From Leucoraja erinacea (Eukaryota): a stretch of 64,000 nt of DNA. Positions within the stretch are counted from its first letter, which is position 1; each line of letters starts with the position of its first letter. A program made the position numbers and the translations under genes. The notes beneath the pieces are model-generated. The model had not been told where the DNA came from and did not search any database. It was given only the letters and a program-made list of their open reading frames with translations. Positions 23,930 through 35,470 of this stretch are shown one piece after another. The DNA lies in NCBI RefSeq assembly GCF_028641065.1, contig NC_073414.1, positions 558,001 to 622,000 of the forward strand, in the 5' to 3' direction.

Positions 23930-24404
23930 CTGTGAGGCAGGTGAGTCTGTGAGGCAGGTGAGTCTGTGAGGCTGTGAGGCAGGTGAGTCTGTGAGGCAGG
24001 TGAGTCTGTGAGACTGGTGAGTCTGTGAGGCAGGTGAGTCTGTGAGGCAGGTGAGTCTGTGAGGCAGGTGAGTCTGTGAGGCAGGTGAGTCTGTGAGGCA
24101 GGTGAGTCTGTGAGACAGGTGAGTCTGTGAGGCAGGTGAGTCTGTGAGTCTGTGAGGCAGGTGAGGCAGGTGAGTCTGTGAGGCAGGTGAGTCTGTGAGG
24201 CAGGTGAGTCTGTGAGGCAGGTGAGTCTGTGAGTCTGTGAGGCAGGTGAGGCAGGTGAGTCTGTGAGGCAGGTGAGTCTGTGAGACAGGTGAGTCTGTGA
24301 GGCAGGTGAGTCTGTGAGTCTGTGAGGCAGGTGAGGCAGGTGAGTCTGTGAGGCAGGTGAGTCTGTGAGGCAGGTGAGGCAGGTGAGACAGGTGAGGCAG
24401 GTGA
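23930..24404. repeat. 17-bp minisatellite (TGTGAGGCAGGTGAGTC)n in GMFG intron 3
   Basis: Visible tandem repeat with about 20 copies of CAGGTGAGT. Confidence 0.95.
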
Positions 24405-24435
24405 ACCGTTGATGAACGTTATGAGACTCACTGAC

Positions 24436-24485
24436 CTCGTGCTCCTCGTCCAGGACCATCATCTGACTTTCTTTATCAACTTTAA
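24436..24485 (-). CDS. GMFG: GMFG coding exon 3 (50 nt)
   Basis: Acceptor TCTCTTCCAG|, translation (I)KVDKESQMMVLDEEHE, donor |GTCAGT. Phase is compatible with both neighbours. Confidence 0.95.
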
Positions 24486-24996
24486 CTGGAAGAGACAGGA
24501 CATGTCAAGTGAGGCGACGGTTCCACGTCACCGCTCGATGCATCCACGCCGCCCATCGATCACCCCTCCACACTAGTTCCATGTTATCCCACTTTCCCAC
24601 CCACTCCCTGCACACTGGGGACAATTTACAGCCGGCCTACAAACCCGCACGTATTTGGGGATGCGAGAGGAATCCGGAGAAAACCCACGCGGTCACAGAA
24701 GGAGCTTACAGACTCCACACAGACAGCGCCTGGAGTCAGGATTGAACCTGAGTCCCTGGCGCTGTGAGGCAGCGGCACTACCCGCCGTGCCGCCCTGAGA
24801 GGGGCAACACCTGCCCGATTACCTGGCCTTGGGGGCACCAAGAGGACCAGACACCCCCTGGGGGTGGGGGGGGGGGGGGTGAGTGGTTCCCTGTTCCCCC
24901 CCCTCCTGCCCCCCCCCCACAGATAAAACCCTGTTACCCCGCTTTGCCCCCCGTCCCCCCAACTCCCTCATCCACCACCCTGCCCTCCCCACTCAC

Positions 24997-25093
24997 TAAC
25001 GATGGCTGCGTTGGTTTTCTCTTTGCGGAAACGGAACTTCCTCAGCCGGGCGAGGAGATCGGCGTCCAGCTCACAGACCACAAGAGTGTCCGA
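24997..25093 (-). CDS. GMFG: GMFG coding exon 2 (97 nt)
   Basis: Acceptor ..CCCCGACAG|, translation [32 protein letters not shown], donor |GTGAGT. Contains the GMF motif LRKFRFRKE. Confidence 0.96.
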
Positions 25094-25129
25094 CTGTCGG
25101 GGAGAGAAGGGGGAAAGGGGGGAACTCAG

Positions 25130-25341
25130 CATCAATCACCATGTCACCTCCTGTACATCGACAACATCGAGCCTACCCTCGGCGACTGAACACCAAACGC
25201 TGGGGTTGACTGTCCAGAGTCTCACACAATCTGCTGGATCTCCCGGCTGCTGAACAGTTACCTCTCCCCCCCATTCCCACCCTGACCTCCCTGTCCTGGG
25301 CCTCCTCCACCACCAGTGACAGAGGACACACACACACACAC

Positions 25342-25392
<51 letters not shown>

Positions 25393-25460
25393 GGAGGAAC
25401 ATCACCTCGTATTCACGGACAGTTTACAACCCAGCGGTATGAACATTGACTTCTACAATA
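25130..25460 (+). mobile_element. Penelope-like element GIY-YIG C-terminal fragment interrupted by (CA)n
   Basis: Translated pieces VLGLLH, KLEEHHLVF and LQPSGMNIDF resemble the end of vertebrate PLE ORFs. A (CA)n run lies at about 25327-25388. Confidence 0.65.
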
Positions 25461-26936
25461 AGAGTTTCAACATAACGGCATTTTAGATTTCCTTCTGAGA
25501 CAGTGATGCAGTGATTGACTCAGACGTAACAGTTGTGGATTCGCCTACAGAAACATCCTCCCCACATAAGGTCACAAGGGATAGGAGAAGAATTTGGCCA
25601 TTCGGCCCATCAAGTCTACTCCACCATTCAACCATGGCTGATCTATCTCTCCCTCCTAACCCCATTCTCCTGCCTTCTCCCCATATCCTCTGACACCCGT
25701 ACTAATCAAGAATCTATCTATCTCTGCCTTAAATATATCCACTGACTTGTCCTCCACAGCCTTCTGTGGCAATGCATTCCACAGATTCACCACCCTCTGA
25801 CTAAAGAAATTTCACATCACCTTCTTAAAAGAACGTCCTTTAATTCTGAGGCTGTGGCCTCTAGTCCTAGACTCTCCCACTAGTGGAAACATCCTCTCCA
25901 CATCCACTCAATCCAAGCCTCTCACCTGCCCTCTCCAGCTCTCTCAGGAGCTTCAATAAGTCCAGCCTCTCCAATCTTTCCCCATAAAACAACCAGCCCA
26001 TAACAGGTACTAGTTTAGTTTAACCAATGTAGTTTAGTTTAGTGTAATCAACCTTCTGTGCTCTGTGATGAAGAGATGTCCCATGAGTAGAATAACTCAA
26101 GGGTCCGGCAACATCTCCAGAGAACATGGATAACGAACGTTTTAGGTTAGGACTCTTCTTCAGACTGAGTGAGATGGGGGAGGGGGTTGGGGGAGAAAGC
26201 TGGAACGGTAGAGGATCCTAAAAACTAAGGGGAATAAGCTGATGATAAGATGGGAAAGATTTAAGAGGGATCTCAGGGGCAGCAGTTCTGTATCTGGAGG
26301 AATGTGTCGGACCAGATACAAATCCAATTTAAAAGTCAAAGACATTTGGGCAGAGGCACGGATAGGAAGGGTTTCAGGGGATATGGGGCTAGCCCAGCAT
26401 GTCAATGGTCAGCATGGAGAAGGTGGGCCGAAGGGCCTGTTTCCATGCTGTATAGCTCTATGACTTTGATAGATGTTTGCACACTTAGGGAATGGAATGA
26501 AATGGAAGTGTGCAGAGAAGGTTCACCCATTATCCCACTGATTGGCAGAACAAGCGCTGGGGTCCAGTAGACTTGCTCCTGCTCCTCTAACGTGTGAGAA
26601 AGAAAATATTATTGATAGAAGCAACGGGGGGAGCTTGAGAATGTATTGATGGGGCGAGGAGAGGGGGAGTGGAGGAAGCTGATGTGAAGAGATATCTTGC
26701 TGTGCAGAACCGTCAAGGCAGGGGTTGGGGAGACACAGGAGATGCAGTTGTTGGAGCCTGGAACCAAACACAAAGTGCTGCACCACCGGTTTGTGTTTTG
26801 CACAGGACATTAAAGAACTTGACTTGAATATTCAACACAGCAGGCAGCACCGTGCAGAGAGAGCAGCAGGTGATCTTGCCGACTCCGATTTACACCTTCT
26901 ATTGTACTTCAAAATATCAATAATGTTAGCTGAAGA

Positions 26937-27369
26937 NNNNNNNNNNNNNNNNNNNNNNNNNNNNNNNNNNNNNNNNNNNNNNNNNNNNNNNNNNNNNNNN
27001 NNNNNNNNNNNNNNNNNNNNNNNNNNNNNNNNNNNNNNNNNNNNNNNNNNNNNNNNNNNNNNNNNNNNNNNNNNNNNNNNNNNNNNNNNTCTCCAACAGT
27101 CAATTTATGTCTCCTCTCCATCTCTCATCCTCTCTCTCCATTCACCCTCTCACACACTCCATCTCTCCCTCTATATATGTTCCNNNNNNNNNNNNNNNNN
27201 NNNNNNNNNNNNNNNNNNNNNNNNNNNNNNNNNNNNNNNNNNNNNNNNNNNNNNNNNNNNNNNNNNNNNNNNNNNNNNNNNNNNNNNNNNNNNNNNNNNN
27301 NNNNNNNNNNNNNNNNNNNNNNNNNNNNNNNNNNNNNNNNNNNNNNNNNNNNNNNNNNNNNNNNNNNNN
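26937..27369. other. Two assembly gaps (26937-27089 and 27184-27369) in GMFG intron 1
   Basis: N runs. Confidence 1.
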
Positions 27370-28140
27370 ACTATCTCTCAGGTACAAGGACAGGAAACAG
27401 GGCCATCAGCCTATTGCAGGTAAATGGCAGCTTGGATAGATCTTGGTCAGCATGGATGAGTTGGGCCGAAGGGCTGTCTGACTCCATAGTTATCTCGCTT
27501 CTCCTTCTACCCGGGGCAATACAGATCCTCAGCCGCTTACAGCGACCAAGTGTGGACACCACCGCCCCAGTCCGGACACAGACGACAAGACAAGTGGTGT
27601 CAGGAGGGTGGGGAATAATCTATGTCCCACTTGTGGCTATAATTCCCAGCGATCGCTCGGGAACGGGCAGAGAAACGCGGCGATGGAGTGGGTTGGAGGT
27701 TGTGATCAGGGACATACATGTGATGTTGCTACTGAGGGCAAGTCTGCCATTAACGGAACGGTGAAGGACCCGGAAATACCAGATGAGGACAGATTGCAAC
27801 CATGTTTAGTTTAGTCCAGCATCCAGCAGTTCATCAGCATTCCCCTCGGTACCAGTTAAAGGGTCAGACTAGAACACAGGTCGACCGCTAGTCTTTGTGC
27901 CACTTCCAACCAGCTATCAGCGGGCAGAAATGTTGGGTGGAATGGCAAATCCACGGCCTCGGTTCCCCAATTGTGCCAGAAAGTCACAGCTGTACACAAC
28001 ACCAACACAGCACAACACAACAGCAGCAGCCTAAAGTGATTCCTGCCCGAGAGAGTTGTGTCTACAGTGGAACCAGGAGACGCGCTTTAAATCGAAACAT
28101 GCAAGAAAATGTCAGAGGTTATGAAAGGCGAAGTGCTTAC

Positions 28141-28143
28141 CAT
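28141..28143 (-). CDS. GMFG: GMFG coding exon 1 (ATG only)
   Basis: Minus strand reads GGTTATC-ATG|GTAAGC, an ATG followed directly by a consensus donor. Joining it in phase 0 to exon 2 gives MSDTLVVCE, the GMF N-terminus. It is the best candidate seen, but two assembly gaps lie in this intron. Confidence 0.75.
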
Positions 28144-28379
28144 GATAACCCGTCTGTACAGTGAGGTCCCGTGGCAGGATGCTCGCACTGCTAGTTCCTC
28201 AATGTCGCTCACACCATATAAGACCTGCCACAAACTTACAAAACGGCAGATTTCTGGCCAAAAGCTGAACTTTACTGACAAGTTTCCAAATCGATCGGCT
28301 ATTCAGTGACGCTCAGAGCTGGCTCCTTGTACCCCGGACAAGGCCCTTGTACCCTGGGCTCACTCCTGTTTGTTGCGCG

Positions 28380-28520
28380 TTCCCCGGGGGCGAGTGAGAC
28401 ACACAAGGACTAGCAAAACCACAAGGTCACAGGGGAAACAGAACGGAACTCCTGCTCATCAACTGCCACGCGGAAGTCACTGCGCTAAGTTTTACAATGT
28501 ACACGCGAGAGGCCGTCTAC
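28380..28520 (-). promoter_or_regulatory. Candidate GMFG proximal promoter (RUNX and ETS motifs)
   Basis: Unique, CpG-containing stretch upstream of the ATG exon with AACCACA (RUNX, 28417-28423), CGGAACT (28444-28450) and CGGAAGT (ETS, 28471-28477). Confidence 0.4.
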
Positions 28521-31500
28521 ACCAAAGGTTATGGTCTTCACCATCTTCACGCAAGCTTCCACCCTCCCCATCCCCAAATAAACTAAGTGACCTCTCACCA
28601 TGACTGGCGCCCAGTAGCTCTGACACCCGGCCATAATCAAGGGCTTTGAAAGACTGGTAATGTCTCACCTCAAACACCCCACCCCACCTCTGCTCCTGTA
28701 CGATGGTTTCACTACAATCCTGGCACCAGTCTGCTGATTTAACGCTTCATTGCATTTATTGTTCATAAGTGATAGGAGCAGAATGAGGCCATTCAGCCCA
28801 TCAGGTCTACTCCGCCATTCAATCATGACTGACATCTTTCCTTCTCATCCCCACAAAGAAGACAGATTCAGATTCAGATTCAATTCTGCCTTGTCAATGT
28901 CATTGACAGGCAGAGACAACGAAATGCATGAAGAATCTCCCTGGAAGAGCGAATTCACAACCGATTTAAATAAATAATCCTCCTCAGTCCTTTCTAAAGG
29001 TAGGGGGGTGGTTCTGATGGCAGTGCCCACTGATCCTAGTCTGTCCAGTAAACCAAAACCAATCTAGAATCCCATCCATCTCCCTTAAAATAATTAATTG
29101 ACTTGGCTTCCACGGCCATCTGTGTCAATGAATTCCACAAATTCACCACCCTCTCACTAAAGAAACTCCTCCTCCTCCTCATCTCCTTTCTAAAGGTAGT
29201 CCATTTATTCTGATGCTGTGCCCACTGATCCTAGTCTCTCCAACTAGTAAAAACATCCTCCCCACATCCACTCGATCCTGGTCTTGTTGGATCCATCATG
29301 GTCTACTCTGTGAACTTCGTGTGAGCAAGGAATGTCATTGCTCCCTGCTGGGTGTGCAAATACAAACTAATCTGAATTTGAGAGAACCAGATAGAAGACT
29401 CAAGGAACTGCACATGCTGGAATCTGGAGAAAAACACAAAGTGTTGGAGGAACTCAGTAGGTCAGGCAGCATCTGTGGTGGGCACATTTCAGGTTGGGAT
29501 CTTTCTTCAGACTGAAGCAGAGAAGATTCTGGAAAGCAAAAGGGAGATGATTGTTGTCACCATTGAAGGTCTTCCTCCGTTGAACCGGAGAATCTTGATA
29601 GGATTAGTCGTCTTCAGCCGAGGGGAGAGAAGCAGAGGGGAGACGGGGAATTAGAAAGAGAACACCTGTGTTACCTGGCTACGGGTGCTGTCTGTACGGA
29701 GTTTGTATGTTCCCCCTGTGACCATGTGGGTTTTCTCTGGGTGCTCCGGTTTCCTGCCACATCCCAAAGAAGATCAGGTTTGTAGGTTTGTGTAAAAAAT
29801 TGTAAATTGTCCCCAGTGTGTAGGATAGTGCTAGTGGACTGGGTGGGCTGAAGAACCTGTTTCTGCGTTGTCTCTCTAAAGTCCACTGAGAAAGATCTTC
29901 TGTAGAATCTCCATCCAACCAGAGACGGCATCAAAGCCGTCGTCACTTGAACAGAGTTTGTGGTTTGTTGACGTGTGAAATATTCCAGTACTGCAGGGCC
30001 AAGCTATCCTATACTCTGGCAGGGAGAATGAACATGGAATAGTATAGCACAGGAGCAGGCCCTTCAGCCCACAATGTTGGTGCTGAACACGATGGCAAGA
30101 TCATCTCTTATCCGCCTGCACATAATGCAAGCACAAAGGAGATGTGTGGGGCAGGTTGTTTTACACAGATGGTGGTGTGGGCCTGGAACGTGCTGCCAGG
30201 GGTGGTGGTGGAGGTAGATATGTTAGTGGTGTTCAAGAGGCTTTTGGATAGATATGGATATGCAGGGAATGGAGGGATATAGATCACGTGCAGGCAGATA
30301 ATATGGCATCATGTTCAGCACAGACATCGTGGGCCGAAGGGCCTGTTCTTGTGCTGTACTGTTCCATGTTCTATGTGTTCCCTGTATCTGGGTATGTGTT
30401 ATAATCCGACTGGGCTGAAGAGCCATATGGTGTGCATTCTTCTCAAAAACTGCACCGGTTTCACAAAAAGTCGAGGGCATTCAGTTTGCACCAAGACCTT
30501 AGAGGCTGAATATGTAAATGGCTGCGCACCGTCCTATAAATAAACCTTCGCTGGTGTGACCCAACACATTCATGAAGGCATTACAGATGTGATGACCTTG
30601 GGAAGGATGCAGTCTGGCTTGCTGGAATGGATCCAATAATGAGGGAGATGTGTCACCAGGAAAAGCTGCATCAGCCGGCATTAGTCTTCTGAGAGTGGAG
30701 AAAGTGGAGAGAGTGCTCAAAGTAACAAGGATGTAGACAGAGGGAGACATAGAGTCGTATAGCACAGGAACAGGCCCTTCAGCCCAACATGTCCATGCGG
30801 ATCTTCCAACCCATCTACACCACACCAGATTCAGAGACAGTTTGTTCCCAGCTGTTACCGGGCACAGATATTGTGGGCAGAAGGGTTTGTTCCTGTCCTG
30901 CATTCTGTGTTCTATGTTCAGTGTTCATCAGCTAGAGGATGGTCCTGACCTCCCATCTACCTCATCGGAAGCTTTAATCTTTAATCAGACTTCAATGATA
31001 TATCTTGCACTAAACGTTATACCTATTATCCTTCATCTCTGCACGGTAAATGGCTGGTATAGTCTTTGACTGGATACATGCAAACACAAGCTTTTCACTG
31101 TACCTCAGTTCACATGACAATAACATACTAAACTAAACTATGTTCTATGTTCAGTGTTTTATGGCAGCTCTATCACTGCACTCTGCAGTAATATTATTAC
31201 CTAAGCCACATGGGTAGTTGAGTATTAATATTCTTTAAACAGTGAGTTTTCGAGGTGGATTAGTTTAACTCGGCATCATGTTCAGCACGGACATTGTGGG
31301 CCAAAGGGCCTGTTCCTGTGCTGTATTGATCTGTGTGTTAATGATGGGAACATGTTACTTCAGCACTTTGTGTCCTTCTGAGTAAACCAATATCTGTAGC
31401 TCCTGGTTTCTAATACCAGACCAATCCCATTTTGTTCTCCCTATTTTCTGGTAGAAAGTTGCTGGTGCCACAAGGAAATATCCATCAGCGCAGAGCTGCC

Positions 31501-32252
31501 TACCCAGAGACTAAGGTGTGCTTGGCAGGCACTGCTTTTACATGGTTTTCAATCTGTTATCTTACCCTGACACCTCGGGGAGTTGCTTCCCAATAGAAAT
31601 TCTCCAACCTGCGGTCTGTTTGACATCTATGAGGGTCGTGGAGGCTAATTAGACAGTCTTGTCTACTTGATTCACACAGTGCTGTAAGCGGTCTCTAACA
31701 CACACATGAGACATTGCAGCACCAAACAAAACTGGTTTCGCAGCAAATAGCACCCCACAGCAGACTATACAACCCCCAATCTAACTGTGAATTACATGAA
31801 CTTCACCAATTTCTACAGATGCACAGTAGAAACCATCCTATCAGGATGCATTGTTGCTTGTGATGACAACTGCTCTGCCCAAGACCAAGTGCAGAGAGTT
31901 ATTGATGTAGAAGGGAAGCGATTTGAACTTTTTTTTGCCTTCCATCACAGTGAGGAATGTGGAGGAGGCACTGTGATGGATGTTTATGTTAAAATGTATT
32001 TTGTGTTCCGTTGCTTTTTATTTGTATGACTGACTTGACAAATTAAATTCCTCCTATGTTGCAAAATATACTTGGCTAATAAAGTAATATTGTGATTGTC
32101 TGATTGTGATTGTGTGATGTAGCCCATTACATCTCTCAACCCAACATCTCTCCATCAACTTCATCATTTCACGCTGCCTCAGGACAGAAGCCAATATAAT
32201 CTAGTCTAGGACCACTCACACCCTGGTCATTCTCTCATCTCCCCTCTCCCAT

Positions 32253-32710
32253 CAATCAATCAATCGATCAATCAATCAAAGACTTTATTGTCATTCAAAA
32301 ATACACCAACAAACGCAAGTCTAAACAAAGTTTTGTTGCATCTGGCTCACCGTGCAACTTAAAATAACAAAAGGATAAAATAGATAAAAAGATAAAATAG
32401 ATAATAGTGGCGGCACATTATATGGAATTCAAGAGTCTGATGGCTCGGGGGAAGAAGCTGTTGCAAAACTTGGCCATTCTGCTCCTTATACTGCGATACC
32501 TTTTGCCCAAGGGCAGCAGAGTGAACAGTCCATGATGGAGATGTGTGGGGTCTTTTACAATGCTGTTGGCCTTGGACAAGCAACGTTTGCACGCAATGTC
32601 CCGGATTGAAGGAAGAGAAATCCCGATGATTTTTTCAGCCGTCCTCACCACTCTCTGCACGGACTTCCAGTCGGAGGCTTTGCAGTCCCCAAACCAGACA
32701 GAGAACAAAT
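32253..32710 (-). mobile_element. Rex1/Babar-type LINE 3' end with (TTGA)n tail
   Basis: Encodes WFGDCKASDWKSVQRVVRTAEKIIG...DPTHLHHGLFTLLPLGKRYRSIRSR..NSFFPRAIRLLN. Related fragments at about 6190-6560, 31800-31910, 33040-33520 and 36130-36490. Confidence 0.8.
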
Positions 32711-33614
32711 CAAGCAGTATCTTCAAGTATCTTTTCCCCCTCCATCAACACCAGTGCTGCATCAAGGCAGCAGCATTTATCATCAAGGATGCCCAACATC
32801 CGGCCCATGGCCTCTTCTCATTGCTACTGTGGGGTCAAGTCCCACACTATCAGGTTCAGGAACAGTTACTTTCCTACAACAAGCTGTGTGTTTTTTGTGT
32901 TTTGATTTCTTTTACAGTCTTCTTCTTTTAGATTTTTATATGCCATTTATGTCCAATTCGTGTGTATGTGTTTGTCTGAGTCTATTTGTCCATGATGTTG
33001 CTGCAGGCAATGTTTATCATTGTACCCGTACCTCACTGGTGGAGAGAGACAACAGTTTTGGATTTCTGAGAGTGCTAATCTCCAAACATCTGTCCTGGGC
33101 CGAACACATTGGTGCAATCACAAAGAAATCCCATCATCACCTCTACTTCCTTGGAAGAGATCTGGTATGTCGCTGATTTAAACTTCGACAGATGTTTGGT
33201 GGAGAACATATTGACTGGTTAAATTACGGCCTGGTTTGGCAACTCAAAAGCCCAGGAATGAAGGAGTCTATAGTTAGTGGTAAACATAGCCAGAACCAAT
33301 TACAAGTACTGACCTCCCCACCATTGAAGGGATCTATAGGAGGTTCGACCTCCAAAAGGCAACCAATATCAACAAAGACTCACACCGCCCTGGCCCCGCT
33401 CTCATCTCGCTGCTACCATCGAGAAGAAGGTACAGAAGCCTGAAACCTGTGATCTCCAGCTTCAAGAGCTTCCTTTCCAACAACCATCAGGCTCTTGAAC
33501 ACTGCACGACACTAACCTCTGCAACTGTGATCTTTTATGGCGTGTATTGTTGGTTGCACCTCGGACTTGCACTTCTAGTGTTACCTGGTGTTATCACTGC
33601 TAGTTTATTGTATG

Positions 33615-33830
33615 ACATTTATTGTGGACTACTAGATATCGGCGAGACTAAACGCAGACTCGGCGATCGTTTCGCTCTGTCCACCAGGAATCTATAAATA
33701 GTTCACCGACTAGTTTTACCATCGTCCTAATTCAAAGTTGCTGATTGTAGGCCTTGTTGTCACCTTCCCCTCAGCCAACAATGAATCATTCTACATTTCC
33801 TTGATCATCGTCTGTTTTGATCTGTCATGG
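33615..33830 (+). mobile_element. Penelope-like element fragment (GIY-YIG motif plus 3' region)
   Basis: IYCGLLDIGETKRRLGDRFA resembles the YIGET.R.L..RF motif. The following 3' segment also occurs at about 8600-8720(+) and 3950-4230(-), where it runs into a decayed hammerhead-type repeat. Confidence 0.7.
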
Positions 33831-34419
33831 GGTCATAACTGATAGGAGTAGAATATTAGGCCATTCGGCCCATCAAGTTTACTCCGCCATTCAATCAAGG
33901 CTGATCTATCTCCCCCTCCTAACCCCATTCTCCTGCCTTCTCCCCGTAACCCTTGACACCCGTACAAAATAAGACTATCTATCTCGGCCTTAAAAATATC
34001 CACTGACTTGGCCTCTACAACTTTCTATTGCAATGAATTCCACAGATTAACCTCCCTTGGACTAAATAAATTACACATCATCTTTTTCCTAAAGGAACGT
34101 CCGTTAATTCTGAGGCTATGACCTCTAGAATTATGATCTATGAGAGATAAGACCATCACAGTGAGGAGGAGATTCACTGTGATGGATGTTCCTGTAAATT
34201 GTGTTGTGTCTTGGTTCTTCTTGTTTGTATGACTGCAGAAACCAAATTTCGTTTGAACCTCTGGGTTCAAATGACAACAAATAAATTGTATTGTATTGTA
34301 GGCCTAGGCTCTCCCACTACCTGACCCAAAACCTCACCTATCCATGTCCTCCACAGGTGCTGCCTGACCCACTGAGTCACCTGCTGCTGTGCCCCATGTA
34401 CAATTGGAGCTCAGTGCCA

Positions 34420-35150
34420 CGGAAAAACTACAACCCCCAGCAACCGTTGCGAAAACCCAAGCCTACATCCGGCTCGTACTATGTCATATCCGGTCTCTCC
34501 CAGCGCGTCCACAACCGAACGTGCTGCCGGGCGCCGCTGATTGACGGCGCGGCTGTCCAATGGGAGTGGAGAGTGGGAGGGGCGGGTAGGCGGGACGGAT
34601 GGCCGTGACCAATGGGCGGGCGAGCTGCGGCCCAGCAGGTTAGTGTGACCGGGGGATTTCGGCGGCGGGGTTTGTGGTGTCGCCTCCCCTCGACCCCAGG
34701 CGCCGACTCTTCCTTCAGGCGGCGACACAAGGCCCCGACCCCAGGCGCCGACTCTTCCTTCAGGCGGCGACACAAGGCCTCGACCCCCAGACTCTTCCTT
34801 CAGGCGCCGAGCCGAGCCGAGCCGAGCCTCCCCACCCCACAGGCCGCTGTCGCCGCGCTGGCCGGCCGGCCGGGCCCCGCACCCCAGGCGCCGACCCTCA
34901 GGCCCAGGCCGCCCACACCACACCAGACCAGACCCGACCCTCAGGTGAGCGCCCTCCAGAACATTCCACGGGCGGCTGTCCGCGACCCGCCGCCGGCAGC
35001 GGACCGTCGAGTGGCGCCCGGGGACCGGCTGACGTCTGTCTGTGTTGCTGAGGGGGGGAGGTAGGCCCCGGCCGGCACCCGCGGGGTAGCGGGGTAGCGT
35101 GTGTGGAGGGGCCGGGGGAGGAGGGGGCTGCTGCGGCCGCGGACGCTGGC
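34420..35150 (+). promoter_or_regulatory. CpG island / SAMD4B promoter and first non-coding exon
   Basis: Dense CpG and very high GC. ZNF143/THAP11-type motif ACTACAACCCCCAGCA at 34427-34442, two CCAAT boxes (34557, 34609), GC boxes GGGCGG, and a strong donor CAG|GTGAGC after 34944. A second possible donor CAG|GTTAGT follows 34638. Confidence 0.8.
34689..34810 (+). repeat. 45-bp tandem repeat (about 2.6 copies) in the CpG island
   Basis: CGACCCCAGGCGCCGACTCTTCCTTCAGGCGGCGACACAAGGCC starts at 34691 and 34736, with a partial third copy at 34781. Confidence 0.9.
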
Positions 35151-35470
35151 TCGTGGGGGTGGGGACTGGGTCCCATGGGTGGGGGGTCCCCAGGGTGCGG
35201 GCTGGGTCCTGGGGTGGGGATGGAGACTGGGTCCCATGGGTGGGGGTCCCCAGGGTGGGGGGTGGAGACTGGGTCCCAGGGTGGGGGTCCCCAGGGTGCG
35301 GGCTGGGTCCCATATGGAGACTGGTCCCTTGGGTGGGGGTCCCCAGGGTGGGGGCTGGGTCCCCAGGGTGCGGGCAGGTCCTGGGGTGGGGGTGGAGACT
35401 GGTCCCTGGGGGGAGATGAAGTGTGGGCACCTGGACCCATATCATGGAGGTGGGGGTGTCCCCAGGAGGG
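35150..35470. repeat. G-rich degenerate minisatellite (CTGGGTCCC..GGGTGGGGGTCCCCAGGGTG) at the start of SAMD4B intron 1
   Basis: Visible degenerate repeats. Confidence 0.85.
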
